Source: Ostrea edulis
Taxonomy: Eukaryota
NCBI RefSeq assembly: GCF_947568905.1
Contig: NC_079172.1
Location: forward strand, 59,520,001 to 59,584,000
Direction: 5' to 3'
Length of the DNA: 64,000 bases
Shown: piece by piece, positions 25,857-37,754 of the stretch
Numbering within the stretch: the first letter of the stretch is position 1
Layout of the letters: every line of letters begins with the position of its first letter
Translations under genes and position numbers: made by a program
The notes under the pieces: model-generated
What the model saw: only the letters and a program-made list of their open reading frames with translations
What the model was told of the DNA's origin: nothing
The model's database searches: none

Positions 25857-28800
25857 CACTGGTGAAATTGCAACATATGTTTAACATATTTTAAACATGT
25901 GATAATCATATAAAAGGAACACTCAAGGTAAACGTACGTTTTCAAACATATGATTGACATATCTTTATAGATTGAACAACATATGTTTGCATTACTTTAC
26001 AATAAACATATATTTTGTTCATATGATATTGATATATTTATCGTATGATTTTCATATTATCAATATGCAAAATTGTAATATCCTGTTTATATTAAACATA
26101 TGTTTAACATATGTATATAAAGCATATTTTAACATATGATTAGTATATGTTTAACATATATAAATCATTTGTATTAAACATATATTTAACATGCATCAAA
26201 TATATATTTAGGATACGTTTGTATATTCAACGTGTTTGGAAATACGATAATCTTGAAGGGACACACAACATATATGTTGTTATATGAACATACATGTCGG
26301 AAGGAACCAGCCTTTATTTATAATTCAGTTTGCACTGCACCTGAAAGGTATCACACCGGTAATTACTTTCACTTTATATTACTATAGAGGGGAAAAATCA
26401 TTAAAAATCAGTTTACAAAATTGATGCCGAATAACGAAGTCAGACACGTTCTATGTTACCTCTCTCGTCTGCCGACACCAGAAAAACAACACCCTAAGCG
26501 GCATTTTCGAAAATAAATTACCCGCAAACAAGACTACCCTCAAATCCACGTGTTTTTCACATGTGTGTAAACAGCCGGAGTGCACCTCAGGAAGTAGCCT
26601 CAGCTACCAACAGCAAATAGTTCCTTTGTTTACACTTGGTTATTTCTACAAATTACACAAAATTTCCTAATCAGGGGTACAAAAATTAAGAGAAAAGAAG
26701 AAGAGGAAATGAGAAAAATCGCGCAAGGAAAAAAAAATTCTTTAATTATATGGAACTACAATTGACTAAGTTCATTTTGATTGGACAATTACCGGTGTGA
26801 TACCTGAAAGGAGGAACAATTAATACTTTTTAGGACACATACAGCTTTTCATTATGTTTATATTTAGCATATTTAAATTTGTTGATGACATACCGTAGAT
26901 AAAATGTTAGTTTTACTCTGTGATAAATAAATATGTATTTTGTGTACATGATTTCCATGATGTTGATATACATGTAATGAACGTTTACCATCTTTTGGTC
27001 ATACATGCGATTTCGAAGAACTTCTTCAGAAAAACGAAAACAATTCATGTCGGAAGGAACCAGTATTTATTTATTATTCAGTTTGCGCTGCACCTGAAAT
27101 GAAAGGAGGAACAATCAATACTTTTAAGGACACATACAGCTGTTCATTTATTTGTGATAATATTATACTAATATTAAGTATGCAAAGCTATCATAAAAAT
27201 ACATGCGTGTAAATCTGCACAAAATACCAGACAATTTACAGACAAGATCAATTCATTCATATTCAATTCATTGACATACCTACTAGACTATTTTTCACTA
27301 AATACAAAGGAAAGGTATTACTTAGTGAACATAAGAATTTGATTACTTTAATACACATCCGGTAGCAGTGGTTGCTTGATTGCAATGCCCTCTGTATCAA
27401 CTTTCTTGCTGTCTACTTATTTCTGAAAGAAAAACCTAAGCTACTTGTTTACATAAATTAATACCCCACTGCATCCACTTATGGGACTTCCTCCAATGGC
27501 CTACAGTTTTGCAGTTACTCCCCCTACACCGTAAGTTGGGGGCACGCTTACGATTGCGATTCTAAGCTTCACATAAATAGTATTAACAAATAGACTATAG
27601 TAAAGCTTACGTTACCAGATTCTATAGTATACCAATTTTAACAGGTTGTATTATATCTATGACAAAAACAAGGTTTAATTTCTTCGAATTTTGGCGAAAA
27701 CTTTTAAAAGTATGCTCTTTGTCAAATTGTAGAGTTGGGGGGGGGGGTAGGTGGATGTAGTATTTGACGTTTATATGTGTACAAATTATGCAATTAATAC
27801 CGAGGAGTTGAATAGCAATCTGTTTTAAAAACAACAGACGCCTAGAATTAAAAGCCACAATGAAAGCATGTGATACGATCAGGCACGTAACATCGTAAGG
27901 GGGGGGGTGTTACTCCATAATTTTGCCTAAAATTTCTTGACTAGTAAATACCCCAGCCCCCCCCCCCGACCCCCCAAGAAATAATCCAAAGGTCGAGGAG
28001 GAAGGCGGCAAGGGTTGATTTTTCAGTTCCATTCATTGGTTAAATTTTACTCTTTCACTACCATTTACAACAATCCTTTTTTTAATAGGGGGGAGTGGCA
28101 ACCTATCCGACTTTAAATCTATCTCTGCACTTTGAAAAAAAAACCAAGTTTGTAATACTAAGTGGAGGCAGACCCATTGTTGCTATGTGCCTGATGATTG
28201 TTTTTGTGCTCATTTAAGTAATTGGAAATGCAAAAAGAGGTGTAAGTTGATGTGCATAAAATCTAACTTTCAAGATTTAATCATCAGAGAAAAATAATTC
28301 TAACAAAAATATTACACTAGACTGGTATGTCTTTATTTATTGGCACCTAGTGTATATTTAGTAACAAGTAGTTGTTTTAAAGTGTGAAACGATAAATTGA
28401 TAATGTATTTGTATGCGTTAGTTCTATTTATGTTTTTAGGCATATCGTATTGCATGTTTCTTTTTGTGTTTTGATTGTCGAAAAATTTATAAAAATTAAT
28501 AACGAAGAATTACTGATATACAAAAAGCATCATGAGTCTGATCTAAATTTCTTAACTGGCAATTGATTGCAATCAAAGATTGTCAATTTTCTATTCATTC
28601 CTTATAAGGCACCGTCAACCGAGGACCCCAATTTGCTGCGCGCCCTCTGTAATCAGGGGGAGATAACTCGCCTAGCGTTATGAAAAATGTAGGCCATTAA
28701 ATATGAAATAATCTAGATACATTTACACCACATCATTCAATTTTGATTCTCACAATGTTTGACCTTGCCATTCAATAATAGTTTTCATATCACTACAAGA

Positions 28801-29045
28801 TTTCTTAAACTAATCTTGGGCCCTTAAAGCATTTAAATTAAGCAAGAAATATAACAATTTTTTTAAAGATGGGGAAAGAAGCCTACAAACTAGATCTAAA
28901 AAAAAAACATACCAACAGAAACAAAAAATGAAATGGGGTATGTTCGTAGTGATTGTAAACATTGAAAATACGTGTCATATGTTCAAAATTTCATATGTTT
29001 ATCATATGTTGAACATATGTTAAACATGATTTTTTTCACCTTGTG
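25857..29045. mobile_element. TIR DNA element with AACATATGTT subterminal arrays (CMC-like CACTG start); also in unit A3 from ~59811 and ~61645
   Basis: Left end CACTGGTGAAA..CATATGTTTAACAT is an imperfect inverted repeat of ...ATGTTAAACATGATTTTTTTCACCTTGTG. Absent from units B and C. Confidence 0.5.
26347..26804. mobile_element. 458-bp MITE with 18-bp perfect TIR and 5-bp TSD
   Basis: TGAAA|GGTATCACACCGGTAATT...AATTACCGGTGTGATACC|TGAAA. A duplicate copy lies at 62128-62588 and a truncated copy starts at 60302. Confidence 0.85.
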
Positions 29046-29684
29046 TTAATCATATGTTTGAAGTTTGCAGTATGTTCAACATATGTTTCAAACATACGTT
29101 AAACATATGTTCACCATATGATGATAAAATGATGTTTATTATATGTTAAACATAGGTTTAACACATGAATATCCAATCATACTATAGAATGGACATTTTC
29201 ATCATACACATGAACATATTTGTTAATGTTACTATGCATGATTTGGGCCAATATTCATATCCCAATTAAAAAAGACAATCATCAATGGATCCATAAAGAA
29301 TTATATCGAGACTCTTTTTATAAGAACTAGATGGAAGTTACACTTAATAGAAAATACAGTTAGATAGTGTGTCACGATGTTGATGATGAGGTCAGTTATA
29401 AATAATTGTGATATCTACAGTGATGATCTTCAATACGATATCAATATAACAGAGGTCACTCTTCATACTTTGATTTGTTAAAGGTAAGAAATTTAGAATA
29501 GAAGTCATTTACTACAAACTTGGTATCACTTACATGGTCATCAATAAAGGCGTGCTGTGAGTCTGAATCGTACTCATTCGAAATTCCGTACCATAGTTGT
29601 AAGGATTGCTGATGAAGTCAAAATTAGACTCTCCAGGAAATTGTGTTTGGAAGTAAAATTAGATTAATTGTAGATATATCTGTA

Positions 29685-29842
29685 CAGTAAAACACGCTTA
29701 TAACGAACACATTTAAAACAAATTCACGCTTATTGCGAAGTGATATTTAAGAAAAGAACGAAACTTTTATGAAGTTTGTCTAGAGCGGACTGTTTTTTTT
29801 TTTTTGCTGGCTCTGGAGTTTAGCTATAACAGGGTTTTACTG
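29685..29842. mobile_element. Short pogo/Tc1-like MITE (TA TSD); orthologous copies at ~39142-39316, ~45324-45498, ~55101-55278
   Basis: TA|CAGTAAAAC...GTTTTACTG|TA. It sits at the same position in units A1, B1, C and B2, so it predates the array expansion. Confidence 0.8.
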
Positions 29843-30482
29843 TATCAGTATTATTAAAACATGCAGCTCTACAAGGCGAATATCTAAGGGCATGCTGAGT
29901 GATGGTGATAACCTACAGGTTTTTTTCCTGGCTTGGTTTCAGGTCCAATTTCCGGATCCATCTCAAATTCAGAATCACTAGTATTTCCCGAATTTTCAAT
30001 GTGATTTCTTTTTCAATTATGTGTCCTTAAATTCAATACATGGAAAGTTCGAACTAAGTGATATTAATTTGTTTCCCTGTGCACAATTATGAAATACTGA
30101 AAATGCAGAATCGGGGCCACGATTGTAAAAAGCGATCGACATTCCTCATAAAACTACACTACGCTATACGAAAAATCCCGTGTGGTGCTAGTTTCTAATG
30201 GCGAATGTCCCGATATAATGTTTGATTGCAAAAACATTGATGAAACTTTACTTGCGATAGAAATACTATATTTATTATCAACTTTATTAATCCTTACAAT
30301 TTCATACATGAATATGTTGTTCTCGAAATTCCTTTGTCGAAGATTTGATGGTATGTCGAGCAGTTCAGAGGATGTAGATTGTTCATTCACCAGAAACGTG
30401 ATGAAATTTGTTTCAAGAAGCAGTTTTTAACAAGAATGAAACTGTTTGAATTTCCTCGACAACTTGTAAAGCGGTAATTGTA

Positions 30483-31650
30483 CAAGGGCTGTTCATTAGT
30501 AATGTGTATTGTACCACAGCGGAATAACGCTTTGTACGATTTCGTAGATGATGAAACTCTTTAATAGCTCTATTCAATATATTTCCAACGGTATAAACAT
30601 GAGCCTTCAGCTCCATATAGTTTTAAACTTATAGTCATTTCAATAGAGCCAGTCGTTGACCGCTGTTGTAAATATGGTTGGGAAACAGGTTGAGAATATT
30701 GAAGAAATAAGAAACTTATATGAAAGCACAAAACTCAGTCATCCAGTAACGTAGATTTTTACTGAGTTGGGGGAAGTTTATCGGTCTGATAAGGTATCTT
30801 ATGAGACAGTTCGTAGGTGGAGAAAGACATTTTTGACTGGCACAGAATCCGTCAAAGATGCAGCAAAATCTGGCCGATATGTGACTATAACAGGCAAGGC
30901 AAATGTCTCAAAAGTCAGGAAAATAATTGAAAATGATGGTAATAAACGATTCGTGATATTATCTAACCTGTTGGCATATCGCTCAAAATGTTTCCCAAAT
31001 TCAATCCAAGACAATTTGCAAACATTGTTAGTGGTAACAAAACATGGGTTCACTATTTCGAACCAGTAAGAAAATTTGAAAACAAAATATGGCTAACTAA
31101 ACACTGTAAAAGGCCTGTAGTTCACAAAGAACCATAAGTACAAAGAAGGTTCTTTATTGCATATTTTTCTCATGTGATGGTATAGCCGTACAAATTTCGT
31201 TGCCGAAGGCCAAAAGTATTACAGGTCGGTATAACCGATATGTTATTTAAAAAAAGCTCAAGAAATATTATCATAAACGACGCCCTGTGTCGGGATTTAG
31301 GCATGTTCGTGTACAAGTTTTGAAGTCGGAGGAGGTTACTGCCTTGCCACACCCACCATACTCTCCAGATCTAGCCCCATGCGACTTTTTCCTTTTTTAG
31401 AAACTTGAAAAATTCGTATCTGGTCGTCGTTACAAGTCCCGATAAGCCCTTGCCTCAGCCATCGGTCAGTGCATCAGAAGTCTACCTAAATCAGCGTACC
31501 GTGACGCATTTCAGAAATGGACTCAGAGGTTGAATTTATGTATTTCAAATCGTGGAGAATACTTTAAAGGGATGTTTTGTTCATTTAACTATTTGAGTCA
31601 ATTGCTTTTGATAAATCGTACAATACACATTACATATCGAACAGCCCTCG
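30483..31650 (+). mobile_element. Mariner (DD34D-type) transposon, decayed, 1168 bp
   Basis: TA|CAAGGGCTGTTC...GAACAGCCCTCG|TA. HTH region VSYETVRRWRKTF...SGR, IVSGNKTWVHYFEP (~IVTGDETW) and HPPYSPDLAPCDFF, frameshifted. Confidence 0.92.
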
Positions 31651-31966
31651 TAAAGGGGATTTTGCGGATCCAGAAAAATGATCCCCAGAAATTTCAGTCT
31701 CTCATTAATCAAGCTTAATTAAAATCAAAACACAGACAAGTACACATGAAGGGATTGAATGAATTTTATTTAAAATGGACTTAACTAATATTAATTTAAA
31801 AACAATAATATCAATAAATGAAATGTAAATATAAACAAAATTACCTGATCTAAATATTCTTCTAGATGTTTACTGTGTTCTACATGTATAGAATTTGAAT
31901 GTAATGCATTCAAGATTTCATGTATTAATTTCGTTTTAGATAGAGAGGGGTGATATCTTTAATATG

Positions 31967-31967
<1 letters not shown>

Positions 31968-32023
<56 letters not shown>
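31968..32023. repeat. (TA)n microsatellite; others at ~40190-40224, ~46576-46638, ~56050-56097, ~56240-56304, ~60073-60111
   Basis: Direct reading. Confidence 0.95.
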
Positions 32024-32026
<3 letters not shown>

Positions 32027-32269
32027 AAATTGTGGTTTTTTTTTAAAAAAATCACAGTGTCCGGTATAAAATATTAAAAGAAATAGAATAAACAGTACAC
32101 AAAGTTAAAAATTTAACGCAAGCGCTTTCATTTTATAATCCTCAGGCGTTACATTTTAAAATAGTTTTGAAATGGTTTGACGTCATAAAGGCGTCCTAAC
32201 ATTTCACGTACATAACGACGTCATAAACGAATGAAGGGAAAAGGATTTTACGCTAAGCATATTATGACG

Positions 32270-32417
32270 NNNNNNNNNNNNNNNNNNNNNNNNNNNNNNN
32301 NNNNNNNNNNNNNNNNNNNNNNNNNNNNNNNNNNNNNNNNNNNNNNNNNNNNNNNNNNNNNNNNNNNNNNNNNNNNNNNNNNNNNNNNNNNNNNNNNNNN
32401 NNNNNNNNNNNNNNNNN
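32270..32417. other. Assembly gap (N run, 148 bp)
   Basis: Ns in sequence. Confidence 1.
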
Positions 32418-32419
32418 TA

Positions 32420-32775
32420 TATTTATCTATGTTCTTGGCACACTGATTTTGGCTACGGATTGGTCCGTTTATCTGGGGGGGGGGGGGGGGGTTTCCCTAG
32501 GCACCTGATCCCACCTCTGGTATGCCCAACTCTCCTTTCATATGTATACATATAGATATGGTCTTGGTACACTGATTTTGACTACGGATTGCTCAGTTTA
32601 CCTGATCAAGATATAGGGATTATGACGGGTGAAACCGGCTAACAGGGGAAGCATACTCCTTCTAGGCACCTAATCCCAACTCTGGTATGCCCAGTGGTCC
32701 GTTTTGCCTACCTTTCTATTTTGTATTCCTTATGAGAGTTATGGGATTGCTCACTGTTCGCTATCTTCGCCTTTC
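32420..32775 (+). mobile_element. Penelope-like 3' end(s) at the unit start; equivalents at ~22950-23045, ~40225-40350, ~46640-46835, ~49460-49830, ~56420-56620
   Basis: Reverse complement of the 12427/13998 family (CTAGGCACCTGATCCCACCTCTGG...CCAACTCTCTATTTTGTATTGCTTAT...CGTTATCTTC). Confidence 0.8.
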
Positions 32776-32944
32776 GTGTAAGACATATTTGATTTTGAAC
32801 ATTAGATACAGAAAGGTTTAGTCAAATTCCAACATCATATTTCATCGAAAACCACGTATACTTTTTTTTACATGCATGCATTTGAAATAAATGTTATAGA
32901 AATATTATCATTTTACATCTACTATTATATAAATATTGCATATA

Positions 32945-33345
32945 GTTAAGGGTGACATTGATAATTTTCATCCAGAGAAAACTATTGTCAACCGACGCGT
33001 ATTTGTTTCATTATACTGAATGTTATGTACACAGGAAAGCAGAAAAACTTACGTCTGTTGACATTTGATCAATCACTGTCATGCGACATTTCGTATATCG
33101 ATGCGAATATTCACGTTTATTATAAACGCTCAAAAGACGTCGTCTAAAAATCTACGACGAACAGTACGCGCATAAATTTGACGCATGTGATATAATATCA
33201 CCCGTTGTCAAGTACTGTTACCCGTTGCTAGATACTATCACCCTGGAGCACGTGTTTTCTGTTCTCAGAGGGTAATAATATGTTTTTTCAAATGCTTCTC
33301 GACCAATCAGATTCGAGTATTTTATATAATGAATTTCATTACAAT
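32945..33345. mobile_element. ~400-bp insertion specific to type-B units (Crypton-like); twin at ~50030-50430
   Basis: Present only in B1 and B2; contains GACCAATCAGATTCGAGTATTTTA and ATCACCCGTTG repeats. Family call is tentative. Confidence 0.45.
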
Positions 33346-34199
33346 ATGATGGCGTGTTGTTCATGAATTCATCCTGAAATATGTGTTAAATCAAAATATA
33401 AAATGGACTTTTTAAATTACAGACTTTGAAATGGAAATCCATCAAACCAATGGGCATCGCTTACCGTACACGGCTTAGTCAAATGTTTTCATATACTACA
33501 GATTGAATAGCCTATTAATTCACGAGAACGTCCTCATATTGACAGTGTTGTTTCCTCGTGTTTTGACCTAGTACTGCCATTGTTAACTGCAATGATTTGA
33601 AATTGTGTCATGCAATGGTACCTGAGAGCCACATGATGTTCATGATGGACAGGATATTTATGTACGAACCAGTGTAAAGTGTGACCAGTATTATGCTTGA
33701 TTATAATTCTACTGTGATGTTTGCTTTTTGTCACTTTACATTTAAAATACCCGAGGTCGTTTTACATACTTCATTTGATTTAATACAGGACACTGAAAAC
33801 TGAATGTCATTTTCATGCATCAACACCAATCGGTCATAAATTGTAACAATAAATATCATTGAAGTCAATTATAATTTTTTTCTGGCTGGCAGAAATTTAT
33901 AAGTTTATGATACATGTTTGACACCGCTATACCTGAATTCCCAATCAATGATTAATAGATTAATTCACGATCATTCTGGAGTTGTCATACACTTATATAT
34001 TAGTTGTTCCATTTTATAATAAACTAAACTTTCTGAGATAGGTTTTAATTATCACTAATTTAGTTTTTAATGTTAAATTGATAACTAATTAACTAAGATT
34101 GTATGGATGCATTACATCCTTCAAAAATAGTTTATCGCACTTGATACATCCAATACTACATTTTCGAAATACATCATTTTTATAAATTATTGATCAATG

Positions 34200-34515
34200 A
34201 AAGGTGATGATAACGAACACTGAGCAATCTCAAAACTTCTATAAGCAATACAAAATATACAAAATAGCGAGTTGGGCAAACACGAATCCCTGGATATACC
34301 AGAGGTGGGATAACGTGCCTAGGAGGAGTAAACATCCCCTGTCCACTGGTCATAACTGCCATGAGGCCTATATCTTGATCAATAGTTAGAATCAAGGTGC
34401 CAAGAACGGCCTAATAATCGGTATGCAACAAGTCAGGCAACATTTGAACCAATGATAGGTTGTATTGGTAAACTAGATCGTTATAACGACCATAGAATTT
34501 GCGAAATGCTGATAT
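34200..34515 (-). mobile_element. Penelope-like 3' fragment in unit B1; shorter fragments at ~38715-38910, ~44935-45120, ~54680-54870
   Basis: Matches the family consensus blocks (GCAATACAAAATA...GTTGGGCAAACACG...CCCTGGATATACCAGAGGTGGGAT). Confidence 0.75.
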
Positions 34516-34698
34516 CATTCTCTTACTTTTACAAATAATTATTGTCTTTCTCTTAGATGATCTACGACTTTTAAAATTATACTTCCATTAATTATTTATT
34601 TTCACAAACATAATATACTCCTATGATGTTCTAAACACTACAAAACAATTTTGGATAACATGAGGCAGAAAATGTGAAGATGTACTTTTTTTATTTAG

Positions 34699-34770
34699 AG
34701 ATCTACGATACAACCGATTGACATCGATAGAGAGTGGTAGTTTTGACGGACTATCCAACCTACAATCCCT
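34699..34770 (+). CDS. 72-bp symmetric LRR exon with intact splice sites (unit B1)
   Basis: TTTAG|a-DLRYNRLTSIESGSFDGLSNLQS-ct|GTAAGT; one 24-aa typical-type LRR, no stop. Confidence 0.8.
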
Positions 34771-36060
34771 GTAAGTATCTTACTATTGTATACTTATATC
34801 ATACCAATACTCGAACAGTTCTATTGATGGAATGTCGTGAAATAAAAAGCCATCCTTACTACATGCTAATATAAGCTGTTCTATTTATATTCCTCAGTTT
34901 TACAATATATTGTCATTAGAGTATATGATTCAAATATTTTTTTCCAATTTTTCACGATATCCGCAGCTACAGTTGTTTTGACGTGAAATTATTTGGTTTC
35001 CTTCCTGTCTTTTTTTATATTATCTAGGTTGGGGCAATAATTTAAGCTAAACAATGATTGACGCCTTACTTCAGTACCTGATCGCATCGAAACATTTTCA
35101 GAGGGCCTGGGGTTTGCCACTCAAGATGATACCTTTTTCGGCTATAAATTGGTTCATTGAAGACCAAAAAATGGCGATTTTGATAAAACCTTTAATCAAA
35201 TGGGTTGTAACCCCTGTAACCCTTTACAAATCTCTCATCGGGGTAATATCGTGTTATCGTGACTTTGGATTCCATCTCATTCATAATATTACAATATACG
35301 TACATATTAATGTACATACATTCTCACCACGGACTGCATATCATTTTGATTCACGTGATTTGGACATATTATCTTACCGAAGCTCAAAAGGTGAAACATA
35401 TTATGTAAGGATACTTTTCATAATAACCACTTGAAGTTTACACTGAACAGAGCGTCTTGATGACCATACACACTAAAAGCACAAGTCACGATATATATAA
35501 TGTGATCATTCACTAGTAAGCATGGTTATGATTTATACAATAATTATTTTCATAATCAATGATAAGTGTAAACCCTTCTAAAGTCATCAGTGATTTAACT
35601 GAAATATATATACTTAATAAGAATTGCAACAATTTATGTTCATTCTAAGTTCAATGTGTGGTTAGGAATTGATCATATCTTGAGTGCATACACAGATGAT
35701 GATAACTAAAATACAATTACATAAGCTGTAGCTAAATCACACGTCAATGTTGACGTCCAAGATAAAGATACAAATAGCTCTTGCATGGAATAAATATTCA
35801 AAAGTTTCCCGCATCTAATTTTAGATTGTCCTAAAATGGATACATTACACCTCATGATATGTCAGATGCTAATTGTTTTACGTTATAAAATGCTGTACAT
35901 TATGACGTACAAGCCACCTTTCATCTTGGTAAAAAGGCGTATGATACCAATACGGATTCACTAGTTACCTATTCCAGGCACATAGGATCGATTTTCAAAG
36001 GGGGCTGCTTTTTCATCCACAATTTTTAACCTCACATTCTCATTCACTACTACTATAATG

Positions 36061-36237
36061 TAAAACTTATACGGTACCAATTTTGATGCACCAGATGCGC
36101 ATTTCGACAAATAATGTCTCTTCATTGATGCTCAACCGAAATGTTTGAAATCCGAAATAACTATGAAGTTTTAGATCTAAATATAGCCAAAAACAGCGTG
36201 ACAAACAAGTGGAGCCAAATTCGTCCAAGGATAAAAA
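36061..36237 (-). mobile_element. Antisense partial copy of the hammerhead element; hammerhead at 36088-36131 with core C3->A
   Basis: Reverse complement of ~15885-16056. Absent at the same site in units A1, B2 and A3. Confidence 0.85.
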
Positions 36238-36661
36238 TAGTGGGATAGTGAGAGTCATTCTATATATCTTTTTTTGTACATCAGAATAACAGGTAATTAT
36301 CATTGTTACAAATGTGGAGGGACAACCTCCCCCTTCCCTGATTTTACACGCCCGAATTTATACTCCCTTTCACGTGATATTACTGAGATAGCATATGGCA
36401 TAGTCACGTTGCAAGGCTTAATTTTTTGAATGTAAATTCTAATGCAAATGTTTGCTAGTTCGACTATTGTTTCGAAGTCAAACTTTTAACCATTAATTCC
36501 ATGTTGAATCAATGAGTGTTGGGTGTGTCCTTCATAGATCACATTAATGTTTCAAAGTATCGAATCATCAAAGATCATTGTATGATTTTATAAGTTTTGT
36601 GTTTCAAGTATTGCTGATTGGGAGAAGGGAAATATTATATAATCTAGTAAAACAATACATC

Positions 36662-37754
36662 TGTCACGAATAGCTGAGCTATTGGCGGTTTACGTGGAGA
36701 CAACCCAAAGAGAACAAGAATTTTGTAACACTTTACATATTTAATGGAATTAATAATCAAGATACAGGTATGAAAATAAGATGTTGATGGGTATGGTTTG
36801 TCACTACTGGTTTGTCTTTCATACACTCCGTCCCTGTGACGTGTTCTACAAGAATCGGTCCATGGTTTGCCACTACTGTTTTGTCCTTTACACACTCCGT
36901 CCCTGCTATAAGACGTTCTACGAAGAAACTATCCCTTTCAACACACACACGTCTTACGGGTCCACAGGTAGGACACCACACATAACCGAGCTTCTCGGGA
37001 TAACAGGTTATTGGGAAATCACAAGGAATACACAGGCGGACAGGACCTATTCCAACATACACCAACAAAACACATTATACAATATGAAACAAGTATTGAG
37101 GCTTTACACGTACCTATGGTACTACTCATTAATACATTTTAGATAATGATACTGTCTTGGTAAGACATACACAATACACTTACACTTAGTTACTTATCAG
37201 ACTTGATACACAAAATTCATACATAATGACCACGTTGCGAATTACTACAAAGAAGAACAAATTTGTAAGTTTATGACCGTATATGCACACCACACTTACA
37301 ACATTCAAACACGTTTCTAAACATGGAAAGTAACTTAATATATCAAAATAGGGATGCTTAGAATAATGAGAAATACCATAACTGAGTGTTTTAGGACAAA
37401 TGAATGAAATTAGAGAAAATTACGAAGATGGCAGTATAAATAAGATAAAAGCCTTACCTCAGAAAAACAAGACCATATAACTAAAAATTGTCATCACAGC
37501 GCCAGCCATGTGGATAATAAAGAATTCAATGGTGATACAATTTAGATATAACAAGAGAAGTATATTGACGTCCTTCTCCCTGGACTACCGTGTCCAATAT
37601 GATTTGTAGCACGGACTGGCAGTTTAAAGGTCCAGTGAACTGAGGTTACAAATGGAATATTTACAGTGATAAAAAACTTAACTGACAGGGGCTCAGTACG
37701 GGTTATATGGTAGTAGGACTAAAATATATTTACATAACTCATTTTAATGTGACA
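36662..37754. mobile_element. Solo LTR (1093 bp) with 5-bp TSD; twin at 52646-53737
   Basis: ACATC|TGTCAC...GTGACA|ACATC. The site is empty in unit C (~43965-43985). Confidence 0.85.

Noticed and set aside
27005-27035. CTGAAGAAG...CGAAA on the minus strand resembling a hammerhead core (also ~62795-62815)
   Set aside because: Helix II would be 1 bp and no helix I partner was found.
29605-29640. CTGATGA followed by an AGTC/GACT stem
   Set aside because: GAAA does not follow the stem and the CTGATGA is not conserved in paralogous units.
30182-30430. ORF with a transmembrane-like stretch (LLAIEILYLLSTLLILTISY)
   Set aside because: Frame not conserved across units, and AT-rich DNA readily gives hydrophobic runs. 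Not reported as a CDS.
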